This document shows positions 25,067 to 39,100 of a DNA stretch of 64,000 nt, in pieces. The DNA is from Chiloscyllium plagiosum (taxonomy: Eukaryota). The first letter of the stretch is position 1. Each line of letters opens with the position of its first letter. Made by a program: the position numbers and the translations under genes. Under the pieces are notes generated by a model. The model saw only the letters and a list, made by a program, of their open reading frames with translations. It ran no database searches and was not told the origin of the DNA. Where the stretch lies: NCBI RefSeq assembly GCF_004010195.1, contig NC_057719.1:27075623-27139622 (forward strand), in the 5' to 3' direction.

Positions 25067-26062
25067 TGTTCCAAATCATATATGTATCCCAAATTATGGA
25101 AAATTGGTAGATTTCCAAGAACCTTCCAAAAGTACAGCCAATTCAAAGACAAAATATTGAAAAAGTCTCACGGCATTGCTTTTAAGAAAAAGCCTTACAA
25201 GCTCCATTGTAGTGAGGTGCTGTAATTTTTCTAATGTCGTTTTAGCATTCCTAATAGCTAATACCTGTTTCTGCTTTTGTTATACTTGTCCGTATTTTCT
25301 TGATGGTTCAACCTGTTTTAGAGTGAAACACCCCTTTGTAGATTATATTCTCTGTTTTGTCATTAATGTCCTTTACTTTGGGAATATAACATCTCCTAGG
25401 AGCTTCTTTGTCCTTCAACATCACTTTAAAATGAACCAGTTTGCCTCTGTATCACAGTTTTTGCTCTCAGTACACTTTTTCTAAAACTATCTTGAGAAAT
25501 CTGAACCCTTCGGAAATTAAGCTCTTGTCAAAAAAAATCAGTTGTGTTTATTATTTTGCCTCAGCAGCTGAAACCGTGATTGCATTGGTGTTTCTCCTAC
25601 ATACGAATCAGATGATATCACCAGCACACAAATAAACACTAAATCAAATAATTGTCACCTCTAGGATTTACCTAATACCTTGCGAGGCAGAGAGACAGTC
25701 ATTAGCAAGATCAATTTTAAGCACTGATTATATCTGAAAACTTACTGGAAACAAACGGCCATCATTTCAGCTTTAATTTCAATCATTCTGATATCAAGTT
25801 CAAAATATTTGAAAAGCTTCCTCATATGCTTACTTGCTTGCCCTGCGTAAACAATCAATCATTCCTTGTAGTTGGAGTTAGTGAATTTGTTGTTATTTAT
25901 ATCAGTTGCCTAGCATTAGTGGGAGTTTGTAATGAATTTCTGTTTCTTTGTTCCAAGCCGTTTGAAAGACACTCACGACATTTTAAGCTGATCTTTTACT
26001 TCCTGATTCAAGTGGACCCCCTATCCTCCCTGAAAACCCTATATATCCTAGGAAGTATCTAT

Positions 26063-28388
26063 TAGAAAAGGTGCAAAACTTGACCTACTCTTGGGAAATA
26101 AGGCAGGGCAGTGTGACTGAGGTGTCAGTGGAGGGGCATTTTGGGGCCAGCGACCATAATTCTATTAGTTTTTAAAAAGTGTTGGAAAAGGATAGACCAG
26201 ACCTAACAGTTGAAGTTCTAAATTGGAGGAAGACTAATTTTGACGGTATTAGGCAAGAACTTTCAAAAGCTGATTGGGGCCAGATGTTCACAGGTAAAGG
26301 GACGGCTGGAAAATTGGAAACCTTCAGAAATGAGATAATGGGAGTCCAAATATTCCAGTTAGGGTGAAAGGAATGGCTGGTAGGTTTAGGGAATGCTGGA
26401 TGACTAGAGAAATTAAGGGTTTGGTTCTGAAAAAGCATATGTCAGATATAGACAGGATAGATCGAGTGAATCCTTAGCAGGCTAAAAAGGCAGTAGGAAT
26501 ATACTTAAGAGGGAAATCAGGAGGGCAAAAAGGGGACATGAGATAGCTTTGGCAAATAGGGTCAAGGAGAATCCAAAGGGTTTTTTGCAAATACATTAAG
26601 GACAAAAGGATAACTAGGGAGAGAATAGGGCCCCTCAAAGATCAGCAAGGCAGCCTTTGTGTGGAGCTGCAGGAGATATGGAAGATACTAAATGAGTACT
26701 TTTCATCAGTGTTTACTGTGGAGAAGGACATGGAAGATATAGAATGTGGGGAAATAGATGGTGACATCTTGAAAAATGTCAATATTACAGAGGAGGTAGT
26801 GCTGGATGTCTTGAAACTCATAAAGGTGGATAAATCCACAGGACCTGATCAGGTATCACCTAGAACTCTGTGGAAGGGTGGGGAAGTGATTGCTGGGCCT
26901 CTTGCTGAGATATTTGTATCATTGATAGTCACAGGTGAGGTGCCGGAAGACTAGAGGTTGGCTAATGTGGTGCCACTATTGAAGGCAGGTGGTAAGGACA
27001 AGCCAGGGAACTATAGATTAGTGAGCCTGACATTGGTGGTGGGCAAGTGCTTGGAGGGAATCCTGAGGGACAGGATGTACATGTATTTGGAAAGGCAAGG
27101 ACTGATTAGGGATAGTCAATATGGCTTTGTGCATGGGAAATCATTCTCACAAACTTGATTGAATTTTTTGAAGAAGTAACAAAGAGGATTGATTAGGGCA
27201 GAGTGGTAGACATGATCTATATGGACTTCAGTAAGGCATTCGACAAAGGTCCCCATGGGAGACTGATTAGCAAGGTTCGTTCTCATGGAATATAGGGAGA
27301 ACTAGCCATTTGGATCAAAGGTAGGAGACAGAGGGTGGTGGTGAAAGATTGTTTTTCAGATTGGAGGCCTGTGACTAGTGGTGTGCCACAAGGATCAGTG
27401 CTGGGTCCTCTACTTTTTGTCATTTACATAAATGATTTGGATGCGAGCATAAGAGGTACAATTAGTAAGTTTGCAGATGACACCAAAATTAGAGGTGCAG
27501 TGGACAGTGAAGAGGGTTACCTCAGATTACAACAGGATCTTGACCAGATGAGCCAATGGGCTGAGGAGTGGCAGATGGAGTTTAATTTAGATAACTGTGA
27601 GGTGCTGCATTTTGGGAAAGCAAATCTTAGCAGAACTTATATACTTAATGGTAAGGTCCAAGGGAGTGTTGCTGAACAAAGAGACCTTGGAGTGCAGGTT
27701 CATAGCTCCTTGAAAGTGGAGTCACAGGCAGATAGGATAATGAAGAAGGCATTTGGCATGCTTCCCGTTATTTGTCAGAGTATTGAGTATAGGAGTTGGG
27801 AGGTCATGTTGTGGCTGTACAGGACATTGGTTAGGCCTCTTTTGGAATATTGCATGCAATTCTGGTCTCCTTTCTATTGTAAGGATGTTGTGAAATTTGA
27901 AAGGGTTCAGAAAAGCTTACAAGGATGTTGCCAGGGTTGGAGGATTTGCGCTGTAGGGAGAGGCTGAATAGGCTGGGGCTGTTTTCCCTGGAGCATGGGA
28001 GGCTGAGGGGTGACCTTATAGAGGTTTATAAAATCATGGGGGACATGGATAGGATAAATAGACAAAATCTTTTCCCTGGGACGGGGGAGTCCAGAACTAG
28101 AGGGCATAGGTTTAGGGTGAGAGGGGAAAAATATAAAAGAGATCTAAGGGGCAACTTTTTCACGCCGAGAGTGGTGTGTGTGTGTGGAATGGGCTGCTGG
28201 AGGAAATCGTGGAGGCTGGTACAATTGCAACATTTACAAGGCATCTGGATGGGTGTGTGAATAGAAAAGGTTTGGAGGGATATGGGCCAGATGCTGGCAG
28301 GTGGGACTAGATTGGGTTGGGATATCTGGTCGGCATGGACAGGTTGGACTGAAGGGTCTGTTTCCGTGCTGTACATCTCTATGACTCC
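26063..28388 (+). mobile_element. 5'-truncated CR1 (HER1-type) LINE with disrupted ORF2
   Basis: Successive ORF2 pieces (GPDQVSPR, PGNYRLVSLT, PQGSVLGPLLF, FADDTK, RLRGDLIEVYK) ending in the HER1 tail. Confidence 0.95.
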
Positions 28389-29606
28389 AAACTGCAGGTA
28401 GTGAATATCAGTAGGAGTAGTTTGCAAACCCTCCCTATATAATTTGATTCAGTATCAATCATTACATAATGGAAGCTTATAATAAAGATTGTGCAACAAT
28501 CATGGGGTGCCTTTCATCTTTCTAGAGACTGGACAGCTTAAATTGGCAAAGATAATCTGGAGTGCACTTGGGGCAATGTCCTGGACATTAAGCAATAATG
28601 TTATAATAATATGAGGATGAAGATAACATGTGAGGATGAGGATTAATCAAATATGATAAAATTTCTTAGAAATATGCATCTTTCAAACATAATGTATGAA
28701 ATAAGAATCTTAAATAAAGCCAATTACATCAGAATCAAAACAAATTGACTGGAAAAGGCTTATACTACTGGAAAGAATAGTAGTGCAGGTGTATGTCTGA
28801 GGATTGGACGTATTTTAGGCCCAGCAAAGGATGACCGAAATATTAATAAAAAGGTGGAAAATGGAATGAGAATAAAGTAGCAAAGATTACATAAACAGCC
28901 TTTATGAGCTTCTAAAAGTTTCTGTTTATAAAACGGAGTGTAGTTGAAATTAATATGTATTCCTTAGATGCCAAGGTGGAAGAAGTGACACACTGAATGG
29001 CCTTGGTTGGGTAGATGTCAAAATGTGTGGTGCTGGAAAAACACATTTATTTCCCAATCTCCCTCACACCTAATGGTTCCATTCAAATTCTTCATCCACT
29101 TCTACTGTCAAATCATGGTCTAGTGTGCCAGCTTTGGACACTTAATTTAATATTTCATTTTCTAAACATTCACTCATGATCAAGTATAGAAGCAACAGCT
29201 TCTTTAACTTTAGTAATCACAGTTTAAAATAAATATATAAAAATATTTCAACAAATAATTGCTAGATTAACCTAATAAAGTATGATTGCATTTATTTACA
29301 TTTGGCACACAACTAGTGGATGGCATAAACAGAACATTCAAGTTTAGTAGTTTGTGAATGATAAGGATCACTAAAACAATCTTGTACCACGTTCACTCAC
29401 CAACATTACCCCTCTGGAAAGTGGAGTTATTTCCATATCTGTTCATTTAAACTGCAAGTGTCTTCTCTGTTCACCACCAAATACTAGATCACAAATTTTC
29501 ATCTGTTATACAGATGTTAATTTCAATGCACACGAATTCTGTGCCAATGTTCATCATGTAGATTTGGTGCCTGCAAAATCAACATGTTCCAAAAATTAAA
29601 CTGTAT

Positions 29607-31205
29607 CAGAACATAAGAACTAGGAGCAGGAGTAGGCTATCTGGCCCATTGAGCCTGCTCCGACATTCAATAAGATCATGGCTGATCTTTTCATGGACTC
29701 AGCTCCACTTACTCGCGTTCTCACCATATCTCTTAATTCCTTTATTGTTCAAAAAAAGTCTACCTTAGCTGTAAAAACATTTACTGAAGTAGCATTAACT
29801 ACTTCACTGGGCAAGGAATTTCATAGATTTACAACCCTCTAGGTGAAGAGGTTCCTTCTCAATTCATTCCTAAATCTGCTCCCTCTAATCATGAGGCTAT
29901 GTCCACCTGCCAGTGGATGCATCCTCTTTACTTCTATCTTATCTATTCCATTCATAATGTTATATGTTTCTATAAGATCCCCCCTCATTCTCTGAATTCC
30001 CTTGAATATTCTCCCCATCTACTCAGTCTCTCCTCATAAGCCAACACCCTCAACTCCAGAATCAACTTAGTGAACCTCCAGTACCAGTACATCCTTTCTC
30101 AAGTAAGGAGACTAAAACTGCACACTGTACTCCAACTGTGGCCTCACCAGCACCCTATAGAGCTGCAACATAATCTCCCACCTTTTAAACTCAGTACCTT
30201 TAGCAATGAAGGACAAAATTCCATTTGCTTTCCTAATTACTTTTTGTACCTGCAGACCAACCTTCTGTGATCTGTACACAAGGACACCAAAGTCCCTCCG
30301 CATAGCAGCATGCTGCAATTCTTTTACCATTCAAATAATAGTCCTTTTTACTTTTATTCTGACCAAAATGCATGACTTCACATTTATAAACATTGTGCTT
30401 CATCTGCTAGACCTTTACCCACTCACGTAAACTATCTGTGCACCTTTGCAAAGTTTCACAGTCCTCTGTACACTTTGCTCTACCATTCATTTTAGTGTCA
30501 TCCGCAAACTTTGACACATGACATGTGGTCCCCAACTCTGAATCATCTATGTAAATTGTGAGTAATTGCGGTCACAACACTGATCCCTGAGGCACACCAC
30601 TAGTCACTGATTGCTAACCAGAAAAGTTTATCTGCACTCTTTGCTTCTTGTTAGTTAATCAATCCTCTATCCATGCTGATACATTATCCATAACACCATG
30701 CATCTTTATCTAACGCAGCAGCCTTTTGTGTGGTACCTTGTCGAATGCCTTTGGAAATCTCGATAGACCACATCTACTTGGGTCCCTGTTGTGCACCGTG
30801 CTTGTAATGCCTTCATAGAATTCTGGTAGATTATCTAAGCATGACCTGCCCTTCATGAACCCATGCTGTGTCTGTCCAATAGGACAATTTCTATCTCGAT
30901 GTCTTACTATTTCGTCCTTGATAATCGATTCAAGCATCTTTCCCACTACAAGAGTTAAGTTAACTGGGTTATAATTCCCCATCTTTTGTCTACCTTTTTT
31001 AAACAGTGGCATCAGATTTCCTGTTTTCCAGTCTGCTGGAACTGCCCCAGAGTCCGGCGAATTTTGGAAAATTATGACAAGTGAATTTGCTATCTCTCCC
31101 CGCCGTCTCTTTTTGTATCCTGGGATCCATTCCATCAGGGCCAGGAGACCTGTTTGCCTTTAGTTCCAATAGCTTGCCCAATGCTATCTCTTTTGTGATA
31201 ATGAT
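29607..31205 (-). mobile_element. CR1 LINE fragment (different subfamily)
   Basis: Minus-strand ORFs RSPGPDG, PADWKTGN...GNYNPVNLT...QHGFMKGRSC and LYRVLVRPQLEY; tail agaacataagaactaggagcagg. Confidence 0.92.
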
Positions 31206-32639
31206 ATGTATAGTTATATTATAATATTTGTTTAATTTCTTGTCCATGTGTCCCAATTTAAAATGGGTGTTATTGGCATCAGTAGTTTGTTTTCAGCATT
31301 CTCTGATCTTTACATTCCCACCCAATCATTCTGAAAGGCATCCTGGGCTGATTGGCCTGCATCTCCCAATGTGGTATAATTTCATAATGCAATGATATGC
31401 TGATCTTCTTCACATGATAGAAGTGTCAGAATCACATGAAGTTTGTAAAAGCAGAAAAACGAGAGTTTTTAATAGGGTCATTTTTATTTCTTTATAACAA
31501 GTTATCTACCGAATGTGAGGTTGACCTAGTTCTGACAGTTTCTGCTGGTAATGACAGCAGCTGCAGCAAAAAGATGCAATGGAAGCACAACCATCACATA
31601 GGCTGAAAATAATATTCTCATACGTGTTACTGTCAGCAACCTATAAACTCCGGGTGCTTTAGAATGTAGTTAAAATTTCTCCTGCCCTCTGACCAATGAC
31701 TGTAGTGTCTCCCTTGAAGCAAGCCATCATGTATTGCAATCATAGCCTGACAGTAGCTGAGAACATATTCAACTAAGGCAGACAGTATGGGTTACACTGC
31801 AAGTGTAAGCTGCCAGGCATGCTGTCCATCCTGTATACCGCACCGGTGCGTATATTTCTCGATCCATAGCAGATATTAATTTTGAAATCCTTCAGCTGTT
31901 TATCATTTTTGTTTCTTCATAAACAGTTAATTTACTTATCCAAGTGATGGATTTATGAACAGTCTAAATTGTCAGAACATAAGATAAATGGTAATTCCAG
32001 TTGTCGAGATGAGTGCAGAATATAATGTTGCATTTGGCATGACAAATGAAGCACCTATGACTAAAGAAGTATTAAATAAGGTTAAGGTTGCAAACAAATG
32101 AAGTTGAACTGTACGTGACAGAATGACAAATTCACTGCCACATGAAGCTTTATTACCTATGTTGCCACAGAATTTGCATTGTATTTTAAATAGGTATTTA
32201 TTATTCAATGTTATTTTTGTTCAATGGAGTAAACTCCAACTATGGACGATCATTTGCACCTTAATCACATATATCTTGAACTTTTGTATGTACTCAGTTG
32301 CTGCCAAAGCTTCACTGTTGACACCTTATATTATTCAGTATCATTTGTCCATCATTTAAATGTGTATGCTCTGATAAATCCTTTGTGAATATATGTAATA
32401 GTTATTTGATGGTTGTTTGAAAAGGCACAATGTGCAGAGTTGCAGGGAGAAGACAAAAGATTGGCATTAAGTGAGGTAGGTGCTCATTCGGAGAGCAAGT
32501 CCAAACACGAGGGACCAAATGGCCTCCTTGTGCATGATAACAAATCTGCAATTCTGTGATTTTAAAGGCTATCCAAGGATGAGAGGGATCTCAGTGGTTT
32601 ATCTTCTTATTCATGGTCAGCTGTGTATAACTTGTTTTC

Positions 32640-32981
32640 AGGGTGGCTCAGTGGTTAGCACTGCTGCGTCACAGCACCAGGGACCCGGTTTCAGTTCTCG
32701 CCTAGAGACACTGTCTGTGTGGAGTTTGCACATTCTTCCCATGTCTACGCAGTATTCCGCCAGGTGCTCCGGTTTCCTCCCACAATCCAAAGGTGTGCAA
32801 GTTAGTTGATTTGGCCATGCTAAATTGCCTTTAGTTTTAAGGGATGTGTAGGTTAGCTGCATTAGTCAGGCGTAAATGTAGAGCAATAGGGTACGGGAAT
32901 GGGTCTCGTTGGGTTACTCTTTGGAGGGTTGGTGTGGACCTATTGGGCCGAAGTGCATGTTTCCACACTGTAGGGATTCTT
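32640..32981 (+). mobile_element. HE1-type V-SINE
   Basis: ggtggctcagtggttagcactgctg...ttccacactgtagggattct. Confidence 0.9.
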
Positions 32982-33952
32982 TAAAAAAACTCCATTGCTC
33001 ATGTATAATTTCAAAGTAATTCCCTTTGCAGAATAAGAGGGAATTTTGGCAAGCAAATTTTCGGTCATTTTGTTTGTCTAATATTTTTGGTTGCAATACA
33101 AAATCTAATAATTGACAAAATTCATTTTCCATAAAATATTTAAAGGAATTGTTTAAACTTATGAGGAGTTTTCTAGAACTGTGTGCAGTTGGTATCCTTT
33201 CGTGTTTATTAGCTCTTTGAGTGGACTGGTAATTAGTACACATTTTTCCATATAATTTTCAACATGTTGATGTCAGCTCAAGATTACTTATCTTAAGTAA
33301 CAAAGTATTCTCTTGTCAGGCTTGTATCAATAGAGGAAACAATACTTTATAATGAGTAGAACCTTACTGTCTTTTATTTAAAAATATTTAGTTCTGCAGA
33401 GTTAAAAAAATCTTCTTTACAAAATAATTATAGTTAGCTGTAAATCTTTCCTAATATTTTCCCCACTGCTGGGAACTTGCAGAGTCGTGCAGTATGGTTG
33501 TTTTTTATCCAGGTCTGTTTATACATTCTAGATTTGTCTTCATTATAAAGTGACAATAATGAGAAAAGATGCTGTTTTGCTTTGCATCCACTGTCAGCAC
33601 TCGGCATTCTTGAGTCTGCTGTTATGCAGATGCAATTTAATATAAATTCACATCCAGTACTTCAATAGCGAACCTAGTCCTTTAGCAGTGGTGAAAGAAT
33701 TTGTGATCAGCCCCATCCCGTGCTAGCACATGCGCAGGGGAAAAAGTTAGAGTCAGGGTTCCTGAAGCTTCATTTTCCTCTTCACTAACTACAAATTGAT
33801 GAGTGAGAGCACAATTCATTCTATCTCATGTTGTCACTAGGGCAGGCCATAAGGTAAACTCCTCAGCAAGGAAGCATCTTGCTTACACATACTGATTAGT
33901 ACTCGTGCAGCTCGAGTGCACTGCAAATTGGCATGTATGAGATGGGATAGAG

Positions 33953-34141
33953 ACAGAAAATGTCTAGAAGGTCTGGCAACATCAATGGAGAGAGATGCAA
34001 CGTTCAGGTCAGTGACCTTTCATTCAAACCGATGGGAGTCATCAATCTGAAGCATTACTTCTGCATCTGTCTCCACAGATACTACCAAACTGGTTGAGAA
34101 TTTCCAGCATTCTCAGGTTTTATTTCAGCATCCATGGCATT
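33953..34141. repeat. Degenerate fold-back family-B pLTR-like element
   Basis: Left arm ggtctggcaacatcaatggagagag...cgttcaggtcagtgacctttca is inverted relative to right arm gatgggagtcatcaatctgaagcatt...tctccacagatactaccaaac...ttccagcattctc. Confidence 0.55.
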
Positions 34142-36104
34142 ATGATTATAGGTTAAGGGTACTGCCTCTATTGAAGGAGAAGTGCAAGCCGTCTAAACCA
34201 TTGTTCACTTAAAGGAGTTGGATTGGCAGCAGCAATGGTATGACAGTTTTGCAGGACAGGATGCTGAAATTCATGGACAGGGGAATACCTGGCTGGAAAG
34301 TTGGAGAAAGTGGGCTGCATTTTTTTGGATGTTGGAGTTTTGGATGGAATGTATCCCCACTGATCTCACAAGCCCTGCAGTTCTTGAAGTGTTATTTCAC
34401 TCGAGATGGGTCTTCAGCCCTACATACATGTGGACTTTGCACCTGAGAGAGTTGCCTGCCATTCAGATTCTACCCAACACCTCTGTAGTTCTGGCAATGT
34501 CAACAGGATTGGCAGTACCCAGATTTGAACTTCTGGAGCCAACTACTAGGTAAGTATAGGCAGTAGCAAAGGAGAGGGAGGGAGTTGAATGAGGGTCCCG
34601 ACAGTGAGGGAAGGGTGGGAAAGCATCTATTGGGGGCAGGCACCCAATGGGGAAGAGGGCCCTTGAGGGAGGCAACTCCCTTCTTCCCATCTGAGGCCTG
34701 AGCAGAGAGTCCTGCTGGGCTTCTCCGTGCCCCTGATCTCATCTCACCTTCAAAATTACAGAACGGACAGAGGCAGCACTTAGGGGCCTCAGTTGTGGTG
34801 AGGGTGGGACGCATTAGGCCTCATCTGATCCACGTAGGATTGCAGACAGGGTAGATGGGGGAGAATTGTTGAATTGACAAAGAACAACAATATACAATAG
34901 CCGTTGCCACAAAGGATATAACACAGTGAACTGGAGTGGCCTCAATCTCATCTGCGTGCTGAAGCATTCATTGAGGGGAAGGTGAAGATTTGGGAGAGAT
35001 ATATTGCTAAGAATTGCCCCTTTAAAATATGTTTGCTTTTGTATGTTAAAAAAGAATTGCATTTCTTGGTAACAAGAATCCAGTAGCATTTCACTGCATG
35101 TAGTAACTCTCAAAATTCACTCTCAGTGAAAGGGATTTAGTGATGCCAGGTGGTGTTCACAGTGTGAAGAGAAGAAAGTAACACAGTCAATATAAAGCAG
35201 TTAAAATCTGTCACTTTTATTTTACAGAGTAGAGGCTCAAGCTAGAATGTTTTATTAGCATCAGTAATCAAAGATTTTTTTTAGCCTGTTGTGCCTAACT
35301 TTAACTCTGAGAGAAATCTTTCCAGAGCCACGCTGTCTTTTCTTTCAATTTTCAGCTCAATCTCATTCTGCTGTCTCGGAATGAATCTATTAGATTAAGG
35401 GCTGTTATTCCCAAAATCCTGTGCAGTATCTATTCTGGACAATTCAATTTCACTATTTTCTTTTAACTCATGCACTGTGAAGACTCTTAAGAAGCTGGAC
35501 TATATATTTGACTTGAAATTCAGTTCCCATTTGGAAAATAATTTTACTTTGCAGGACTGTAGCATATTCTTACATTCACATTTACTATTTTTTAAAAAGT
35601 AACGTTCAGATTCAAATAACTTTGTACATGCTTTTCTTTAAAGGTTACTTTGTTCTGACTTTGTTGCAAGTAATTGCATTTCCTGTTTTATTAGCAAGTA
35701 TCAATAACCAATTTCCTGAATCTCAGAGGTAAGTTACACCATTTAATTGAAAACTGTTTTTTGTTGATTTAAATTTTGGAAACATTGTTTTGTACCAGTA
35801 ACATTGCTTGCACCAATTAATACATTCATTCAAATAGGTTTCTTAAGTGGCTAGCTATATAAGCCTTTTAAAGAGCATTAGCTGTGAAATTGTGGAAAAT
35901 AGGGTCTAAAATACGTAACTCCCAGTCCTGCAGTGGGAGACTAACAACATTCAAAGACAATTGAATGCACATAACATTTGGATGACTCATAACCAGTGTC
36001 TTTCCCTCTTCAATTATTTGTTGCTCAGTGATACATCATGCCAATGACTTTAACTGTTTGAGGTCCAGAAATGCACTTCTCCGTCAAAATCCAAATTATA
36101 ACTT

Positions 36105-39100
36105 TGTTCATTAAAGACCTGGAAAATATTCTTCTGCATTCAGTTAAGTTAATTGTAGTTTTAAGTCTGTCCAAGATAAAGGCTGCAGTAGTAAGTATAG
36201 TGGATTCTTTCTTGATTATATGTTTTTGGAGATAAGTCTCTTGATTAAACTTAAAATATAAGCCATAGCTATTAATTTAACCTGGGGCAGTGTTTGTAGA
36301 GGAATAAGACGGTGTTATTTTCTGGGTCTGTAGATTGTGAAGGAGCAAAAATGGCCTTTGCAGTGATATGTACTTCTTGTCAGATGTGGGACTTTAAAGA
36401 GAGTTTAAGAGTTACTGCAGATTATATCTGCCATAACCGCTGTTGGATGCGAATCTTATCAGATCGAGTGGATTGGTTGGAGAGATAGATAGGAGCAATG
36501 AGGAATTTGCAACTGCAACAGTATGTGATGGATGGCAGATATAGGAAGGGGGAAAGTCTCAGATACAGTCACACAGATGGGTTAACTCCAGGAAAGGTAA
36601 GCGAGGTAGGCAGCTAGTGCAGGAGTCTTTTGTGGATATACCCATTTCAAACAGGAATGCTGTTTTGGAAAATGTAGGGGGTGATGGATTCTCAGGGGAA
36701 CGTAGCACGAACAACCAAGTTTCTGGTATTGAGACTAGCTCTAATGCAACGAGGGGTATGTCGGCTTCCAAGAGACCAATTGTGTTAGGGGATTCTGTAG
36801 TCAGAAGTACAGACAGAAGTTTCTGTGGCCAGTAGAGAAAAAGCAGAAGGGTGTGTTGTTTCCCTGGTGCCAGGATCAAGGATGTCTCAGAGAGGGTGCA
36901 GTATGTTCTCTCGGGGGAGAGGGGCCAGTAGGAGGTCATTGTCCACATTGAAACCAACGACATTGGAAGGGAAAAGGTTGAGACTCTGAAGGGAGGTTAC
37001 AGAGAGTTAGGCAGAAATTTAAAAAGGAGGTCCTCAAGGATAGTAATATCTGGATTACTCCCAGTGCTACGAGCTAGTGAGGGCAGGAATAGGAGGATAG
37101 AGCAGATGAATGCATGGCTGAGGAGCTGGTGTATGGGAGAAAGATTCACATTTTTGGATCATTGGAATCTCTTTTGGAGGAGAAGTGACCTGTACAAGAA
37201 GGACGGATTGCACCTAAATTGGAAGGGGACTAATATACTGCCAGGGAAATTTGCCTGGAACTGCTTGGGAGGATTTAAACTAGTAAGGTGGCGGGGGGGA
37301 GGTGGTGAGGAAAGAGATCGATCTGAGACAGGTACAGCTGAGAACAGAAGTGAGTCAAACAGTCATGGCAGGCAGGGATAAGGTAGGACTAATAAATTGA
37401 ACTGCATTTATTTTAATGCAAGGGTCCTAACAGGGAAGGCAGATGAACTCAGGGCATGGTTAGGAACATGGGACTGGGATATCATAGCAATTACGGAAAC
37501 ATGGCTCAGGGATGGGCAGGATTGGCAGCTTAATGTTCCAGGATACAAATGCTACAGGAAGGATAGAAAGGGAGGTAAGAGAGGAGGGGGAGTGGCATTT
37601 TTGATAAGGGATAGCATTACAGCTGTGCTGAGGGAGGATATTCCCAGAAATACATCCAGGGAAGTTATTTGGGTGGAACTGAGAAATAATAAAGGGATGA
37701 TCACCTTATTGGGATTGTATTATAGACCCCCCAATAGTCAGAGGAAAATTGAGAAACAAACTTGTAAGGAGATGTCAGCTATCTGTAAGAATAATAGGGT
37801 AGTTATAGTAGGGAATTTTAACTTTCTAAACATTGACTGGGACTGCCATAGTGTTAAAGGTTTAGATGGAGAGGAATTTCTTAAGTGTGTACCATAATTT
37901 TATTTGTTTTAAAATAGTGATGGAAAAGGATAGACCAGATCTAAAAGTTGAAGTTCTAAATTGGAGAAAGGCCAATTTTGATGGTATTAGGCAAGAATTT
38001 CCGAAAGCTGATTGGAGGCAGATGTTCGCAGGTAAAGGGATGGCTGGAAAATGGGAAGCCTTCAGAAATGAGATAACAAGAATCCAGAGAAAGTATATTC
38101 CTGTTAGGGTGAAAGGGAAGGCTGGTAGGTATAGGGAATGCTGGATGACTAAAGAACCTGAGCGTTTGGTTAAGAAAAAGAAGGAAGCATATGTCAGGTA
38201 TAGACAATATAGATCGAGTGAATCCTTAGAAGAGTATAAAGAAAGTAGTAGTGTATTTAAGAGGGAAATCAGGAGGGCAAAACGGGGACATGAGATAGCT
38301 TTGGCAAATAGAATTAAGGAGAATCTAAAGGGTGTTTATAAATATATTAGGGACAAAAGGGTAACTAAGGAGAGAATAGGGCCCCTCAAAGATCAGCAAG
38401 GTGGCCTTTGTGTGTAGCCACAGAAAATGGGGGAGATACTAAATGAATATTTTGCATCAGTATTTACTGTGGAAAAGGATATGGAAGATATAGACTGTAG
38501 GGAAATAGATGGTAACATCTTGCAAAATGTCCAGATTACAGAGGAGGAAGTGGTGAATGCCTTGAAACGGTTAAAGGTGGATAAATCCCGAGGATCTGAT
38601 CAGGTGTACCCCGAACTCTGTGGGAAGCTAGAGAAGTGATGGCTGGGCCTCTTGATGAGATATTTGCAACATCGTTAGTCACAGGTGAGGTGCTGGAAGA
38701 CTGGAGGTTGGCAAACATGGTGCCAATGTTTAAGAATGGCAGTAAAGACAAGCCAGGGAACTATAGACCGGTGAGCCTGACCTCGGTGGTGGGCAAGTTG
38801 TTGGAGGGATTCCTGAGGGACAGGATGTACATGTATTTGGAAAGGCAAGGACTGATTAAGGATAGTCAACATGGCTTTGTGCGTGGGAAATCATGTCTCA
38901 CAAACTTGATTGAGTTTTTTGAAGAAGTAACAAAGAAGATTGATGATGGCACAGCAGTAGATGTGTTCTGTATGGACTTCAGTGAGGTGTTCGACAAGGT
39001 TCCCCATGGGAGACTGATTAGCAAGGTTAGATCTCATGGAATACAAGGAGAACTAGCCATTTGGATACAGAACTGGCTCAAAGGTAGAAGACAGAGGGTG

